A stretch of 64,000 nucleotides of DNA from Lobosporangium transversale. Its lineage: Eukaryota. The notes below the pieces were generated by a model, which was not told the origin of the DNA, did not search any database, and saw nothing but the letters and a program-made list of their open reading frames with translations. Each line of letters opens with the position of its first letter. Position 1 is the stretch's first letter. The stretch spans positions 248,001-312,000 of the forward strand of contig NW_019028992.1 of assembly GCF_002105155.1 (NCBI RefSeq). The letters are read 5' to 3'. Shown piece after piece: positions 59,601-64,000 of the stretch. Both the position numbers and the translations under genes were made by a program.

Positions 59601-60375
59601 CGGACAGACGGAGCGAGCCAACAGGACCCTGGAGGAAATGCTACGATCTTATGTCTCGTACAAACAGAATGACTGGGACTTGCTCTTACCAATGATGGAA
59701 TTTGCATACAACAACTCCGTCAACCCCTCCACAGGGTTTTCCCCCTTTTTCCTAAACCACGGTCATCATCCCATTGTCCCATCATCCCTCTTGAAACCAC
59801 CAACAACAGATGTACCGGCTATCTCTACCTTCATTTCCACTCAAGCCTCTGCGTTGGCGCAAGCACAAGACGCAATAGCGACAGCTCAGGACATCCAAAA
59901 ACGCCAAGCAGATAAAGCACGATCACCCGCCAGGTTCACTGTAGGCGATAGTGTCTTACTGAGTACGGAGCATATCACTGTCGCAGCTCACGCAAACCGA
60001 CCCTCCAAAAAGTTAGAACCAAAATTCATTGGACCATTCAAAATCATAGAGAAGATCAACGACAACGCGTACAAGCTCGAGCTACCTCCGAACATGAAAC
60101 AACACCCTGTCTTCAATACAGATTTATTACGACATTATCACGAATCCCCGGAGAATTTCGGCGAACGAGCACCTGCCAGACCCCCACCAGATTTAGTCGA
60201 TGGCGAAGAAGAATATGAAGTGGAAAAGATTCTGGATTACAAACTATTTGGCAGAACCCCCAAGTGGCTCGTGAAATGGAAGGGATATCCTGACGAAGAA
60301 GCAACATGGGAACGGAGATCCTCACTAGTTAATGCAAAAGAAGCACTGGAGGAATTTCAAAAAATGCAACAGTAA
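56623..60375 (+). CDS. pol: Pol: protease, RT, RNase H, integrase, chromodomain (probably entered by frameshift at about 56540)
   Basis: LIDGGA, YLDD, ETDASG, HHCC zinc finger, MDF/SDRD/TER integrase motifs, YEVEKILD...WLVKWKGYPDEEATWE. Confidence 0.97.
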   Translation: MDLSSNNSNKNSSSPKSMIMPSRSSPIFSLSSLLSLPSKSTLHHTTSIPPDSLNHLSPDSHPASSVTEIKSSSNQDTNENSPTPSTSHEHLASKPPRRRRRHATHLQSLSAVYTNARRLLTFIGAVNGHPARILIDGGAEGNVLSSKFCRKHNIIIDNANPIPIIHPNGTAVMSPGTASVTLERGSYGEKIQSIIYPSKKYDLILGKPWLTAVNPQINWRTNDLHFEHDGKHILWECRGHTSSSARQNCLSAINFAALALEPETTTFLAQVRTTSPPTNLDSTLPESIQQIVQVEFPDLFPDTLPDGLPQDRGDSMRIETENNTDPPVRPVIRLSIAELDELKTQLTELLRKGFISPSTSPYGAPVLFVKKKDGGLRMCVDYRGLNKITRKNRHPLPRIDELIDRFRTARFFTKLDLLSGYHQMRVHPDDRHKTAFRTRYGHYEFNVVPFGLTNAPAAFSAMMRNVLDPVLDKCTVVYLDDILIYSDNKEQHLQDIRNVLRLLRKAGLFCKLSKCSFMQEETEFLGHVISKDGLKTNGALVKAVREWPTPTTQRHVMQFLGLTNFYHQYIDHYADIALPLTDLLGSTTTFYWSKPHQEAFERLKQAVTMAPVLRIFDPALATSVETDASGFAIGAVLFQTDHKGESRPVAFTSRKLSSAERNYPTHEQELLAVVHALRTWRYYLDGSHFIVYTDHATLQHFPTQPNLTRRQARWMELLQEYDFNFKYKPGKDNIVPDALSRRPDHKAQDPASEQINSIEISLDPGLRQRLIKCYPYDLKLGSLYESCREASPSDRYFVADDLLWINIAGQTRLCIPNDPNIRALLLHDAHDSPIAGHLGFEKTYETMRRTFFWPRMARDTKTYIASCEQCQRNKPLLHHPAGLFKPLDIPLERWETVTMDFIGPLPKTNRGFNAITVFVDKLSKQVHFCPSHTTDTASDIARLFFNNVFRLHGMPRAIVSDRDSRFTGHFWTTLMKLMGTKLHMSTAFHPQTDGQTERANRTLEEMLRSYVSYKQNDWDLLLPMMEFAYNNSVNPSTGFSPFFLNHGHHPIVPSSLLKPPTTDVPAISTFISTQASALAQAQDAIATAQDIQKRQADKARSPARFTVGDSVLLSTEHITVAAHANRPSKKLEPKFIGPFKIIEKINDNAYKLELPPNMKQHPVFNTDLLRHYHESPENFGERAPARPPPDLVDGEEEYEVEKILDYKLFGRTPKWLVKWKGYPDEEATWERRSSLVNAKEALEEFQKMQQ

Positions 60376-60423
60376 CACCAAAATTATTTTTCTCTGTTTC
60401 TTTTTTCTTCCTTTCTTCTTTTA

Positions 60424-61157
60424 CTATCTCCTTTCCTCTCTTCCTCTCTTCCTTTTACCTCCCTTCTCTGCCCACTCCAGCATGGTAACAACCGCCATTT
60501 CCTCCATCAATCGACGACGTTCCCGTGCTCGCTCTTCTACACTCACATCCTGGGTCTGCAATGCACGAAACTCAAACGCTATCAGCGAAGAACACTCTCT
60601 TATCATCGACAGCCTCGGTCCCTCATGACGACTCCTCTTCCGTCGCCTCTCCGGCTCCTCAGGACCATCCTCTCCATCAACAGCTTCCCACTGTGCATTG
60701 TCACTCGTCGAACTTACAGAAGCCAAACGGACCCCAGCCCCCTCCACTCCCGACGTCGCTGAAGTACTCGACTCCACATGATCTCTGGCTTCCCTCACAG
60801 TTGGCGAATCGCCCACCTCAGGATACTCCTCCTTCGGTAGCATCCGCCCCAAGATTACAGGTGAAAGACGTGGAGACAATTCCAACCTCGTATCTAGCTC
60901 TTCCTCCTGAGGCACAGAATAAGGCTGTGTGGCGTCAGGGTCATCTGAAGAACCCTGGGAGCTTGGTACCGCCGACCGCTGTGTCAATACAACTTCAGAA
61001 AATACGCCACCAGAAGGAGCACGACCTTTACGCGGTGGCATTGGATGAGAAGCCTTGCGTGAAGACATCATGGAGACTTTTTTCCTTTTTTTTGAAATAA
61101 GCAAAGAGGAATGAGGAAAGAATGCAACACGAACTCACCAACTCCATCGCCACTCAT
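60424..61157 (-). CDS. Antisense accessory ORF inside the chromovirus; predicted exons 61157-61139 and 61076-60424; function unknown
   Basis: Open frame of more than 200 codons. A GTGAGT...AAG 62-nt intron joins ATG AGT GGC GAT GGA GTT G|TC TCC ATG in frame. Basic cluster RRRKRSR. Confidence 0.55.
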
Positions 61158-61356
61158 TCACCCATCCTCATCCACATGATCTGCATGAACCGCATGACCA
61201 GTAATTTTAACCAATCAGACATCACCACATCAATTTTTTTTTATTTATTATTTTATTTATTTCTCCTCTCTTCTCTTCGTTTTCTTTATTTCCATCAATT
61301 TTTTTTTTCTCTTTTCTTCTTCGATTTATGATCTCCTTCATTTTTGACGGGAAGGA

Positions 61357-61569
61357 TGCAAACGTGTTATACAATACTGACTCAAACCTTTGAGGAGGGC
61401 TCAACTATCACGCGCACCCCAGGCGCCAAGACGCCAAGCCCAAGTGCCAAGACACCAAGCCCCAACCCTATCAATTATCAGTATAAATAGTCCACTACGT
61501 TATAGCCAAATAAAGTATCCTTTGACCTTCGATTCCACCTAAGATCACCTTTGATTGTTACTATTTACA
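61357..61569 (+). repeat. 3' LTR, preceded by PPT GACGGGAAGGA
   Basis: Matches the 5' LTR. Confidence 0.97.
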
Positions 61570-63045
61570 GGAGTAAAGCACAGATGGACAGGATCAATAT
61601 CATTCTTACAGGCGACAAGGAAGCTGGAAAAGACAAGGACGATGAATGGCCTGATAGAGAAACGCTGTGGAGAGTTGAAGTCGGCAACAGGGAAAATGAT
61701 AGACAAAGTGCTGGGACGTGGTGGCGGTAAAGTGACAATAGACCGGATCCAGGACGACGAAGGTGGTGTCACAGTGAATATTCTAGAGCCACAGCAAGTT
61801 AAAGAGAAGGTACGGGCATGGTTCGACAAGTGGCACGGACCTAGGCCGTCAAAACCGCTAGAGCCGGGTTCGAGATGGCAGAAGCAATATAGACCTCAGA
61901 GGTGGATCAAGAGTGAATGGTACGACGGCCTGATGGATCCACCAAGCAGAAATGAGTTTTCAGCTGTGGTCCTGGATGCACCCAAAAACAAGGCAGCTGG
62001 TGTGTCAGGCATTACGAACGAAATGATCCAACACCAAGCACCGCAGGGGCTCTTTATCCTCTTCCAAATCATAAGTGCCACTATCGTGCAAGAAGACGTC
62101 CTCAAGGATTGGAAGACGGGGCTCCTCTATTGCATACCAAAAGCTCCAGAATGGTCAGGAAACATGGCAGAGGTAAGGCCGATAGCTTTGTTGGAGCACG
62201 CACGGAAAATAATGTTTGCAGTAATAACAAATAGGTTAAGCGCGATCATGGCCAGGCACGATATTCTACGAGGACCAAACTTCTCTGTTCTTAAAGGTAC
62301 TACCACTAAGGATCCAATCCATATCCTGCAAGCGGCAATGGAAGACGCAAGAGAGTTCAAGAAAGAACAGTGGAGTGTGTTCCAAGACATGAAACGGTGT
62401 TTCGACTCTGTCAACTGCGCGCCCGATGGGATGCTTTCTCGCGGACTAAGACGGCTCCAAGTCCCTGAACAGTTCATACGCCTATGTGAAAACATCGCCA
62501 TTTCCAAAGTGAACAGGGTGATTACTGAGTACGGACCAACTGACGAGTATCATCCAGAGTGCGGTTTGGATCAAGGTGGAGTGGAATGTCCGCTTTTATG
62601 GAGAATAGCATATGATGCACTCCTGTGTGAAATTATGGACCATAGCACTGGATATAGTCTAGAGGGACCAAGAGGGACACCATCAGTTGCTGGCCTTGCT
62701 TTCGTAGATGATACTACATGGATATCGGACTCCAAAGCACATATGCAGGAGATACTTGACATTGCAACGACATTCTTCATTCTTAACGGGGTGGAAGTGA
62801 ACGCCAAGAAAACGCAGGTCATCTGTATCAACAGCAAGCAGGATAGGAGGAGCACGCTGAAATTTGGGACACCTACAGAAGAGATCCGACCAGTGGAAAA
62901 GAATGAATCGGTACGGATTCTTGGTGTTTGGGTCACAGCAACAGGAAATCCAACAGCAACACAGCAAATAGTGGAGCAGGAAATAGAAACGACCTGTAAC
63001 ATTTTCCGGTCCAAAGCCCTGACAGATCGGCAGACAACGTACATA
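61570..63045 (+). pseudogene. LINE ORF2 reverse-transcriptase part, 3'-truncated
   Basis: KAAGVSGI, RPIALLE, QDMKRCFDSV, GLDQGGVECPLLW, LAFVDDTTW, RILGVW. Confidence 0.92.
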
Positions 63046-63059
63046 TCAGACTGGATGGT

Positions 63060-63652
63060 CGTCAACATGCCTGCAGGAACGCTTTTCGTTTTCTTTTTAT
63101 TGAAACTTCAGGAGCAAGGCTGCCTCGATTATTCTCTACAACAGAACACTCCAACTGTTCCTTGTAAGGATCTTTAGTCTAGTTGCTGAGAGGTTGTGTC
63201 TTCTGTGCAGCGTGTGCTTGCTGTTTCTATTTTTTTTTTTCTTTTTTTTCTTCACCCAGCTTGGGCTTAGCAGCAAAGCCGGTGGGATTCAACGCCCGCG
63301 TCTCAATCTGGGGCGAGAAAGGTTGTGCATGCTACGCGTGCTGTTACGTACCGAGGTTTGGGAGTGCGGCTCAGGTGCACTACCATTTTTATTCATAAGG
63401 TCAGAGTATTACGTGACGGTCATAGAGAGTCCTTAATAAAAGGCTCTCGTTTGACAACAATAATAAAAACAACTTTTGATCTCCTTGACTTCGGACTGAC
63501 CATAAAATATCTCACGTGCTACGCGTGCTTTGCTCTTTTTTCTTTTTCTTTTTTTTTTTTTTCTTTACCCAGCTTAGCTTGGGTTTAGCAGCAAGGCCGG
63601 TGGGATTTAGCGCTCGAGTCTCAATCTGGGACGCTACGCGTGCTTTGTTGCT

Positions 63653-63660
<8 letters not shown>
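63060..63660 (+). repeat. Exon/intron-like repeat region homologous to 44985-45170, plus two related internal units
   Basis: GCCTGCAGGA.CGCTTT...ATTGAAACTTCAG.AGCAAGG..GCCTC shared with about 44989-45065; TTAGCAGCAA.GCCGGTGGGATT unit at about 63268 and about 63585. Confidence 0.7.
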
Positions 63661-63683
<23 letters not shown>

Positions 63684-64000
63684 CCCTTCATTTTTTATTT
63701 ATTTAGTTATAAAGCCCGCCGGTGCATGTGGGCTACATCGCTTCCTCCTCTAGTCATCAAGTTGTAAACAAAAAAGTCTGTTCGCCATCAAGTACAGTTA
63801 CGGAGACACTGAAGTACCATCCTGTTATTGTCTGTGCGTCTTCCAATGCCATGCTGAAATGGCTTGGATTCTAATGAATAGTTTACTTTGTAGTGTTTAG
63901 GATTCTTAAGAACATACAATTGCAATGACAAGCAGCCTTTCATCTTTCCACACACAATTTAAATCAGCGATGCTCGTCCCAGGCAAGAATATCTGTAACA

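Larger units (their letters stand above)
55227..61569 (+). mobile_element. Full-length Ty3/Gypsy chromovirus (6343 bp)
   Basis: 213-bp TG..CA LTRs, 5-bp TSD GGAGT (55222-55226 and 61570-61574), PBS, PPT, intact gag and pol. Confidence 0.97.
51169..63045 (+). mobile_element. Non-LTR retrotransposon (LINE; ORF1 plus APE-RT ORF2), inactivated, with two insertions and a truncated 3' end; true 5' end not defined
   Basis: Reading frames rejoin across both insertions (QHLG|MNF and WVRG|VKHRW). Several frameshifts and a stop. Confidence 0.92.

Noticed and set aside
60525..61100. Plus-strand 191-aa ORF as an env-like gene
   Set aside because: No signal peptide or transmembrane segment, non-ATG start; likely a shadow of the antisense ORF.

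Overview
Intron-rich eukaryotic (fungal) DNA with very long poly-A/poly-T tracts in introns and UTRs. Gene content and style suggest an early-diverging fungus such as Mortierellomycotina (inference only). The window has three zones. (1) 1-14.1 kb is repeat-rich: an internally deleted Helitron, two apparently identical copies of a type-B carboxylesterase gene 6350 bp apart, a Tc1/mariner derivative inserted in a LINE remnant, and a decayed Fanzor/TnpB-like fragment. (2) 14.2-43.3 kb holds core genes: DUF4604, a YVH1-type phosphatase, an FHA-forkhead factor, the PKA regulatory subunit, ATP synthase subunit f, an RGS protein, a TrhO-like rhodanese and PKC1. (3) 43.8-64 kb is a transposon nest around a tRNA-Glu gene and its decayed duplicate. 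It contains three Mutator-like non-autonomous elements, each inserted just 3' of a tRNA-Glu sequence, plus hAT MITEs and a nuclease-like pseudogene. It also contains a broken LINE carrying a solo-LTR/Tc1 nest and an intact chromovirus (Ty3/Gypsy) with matching LTRs, a -1 frameshift signal and an extra, apparently spliced antisense gene. All comparisons were made by eye, and family assignments come from recalled motifs, not database searches.
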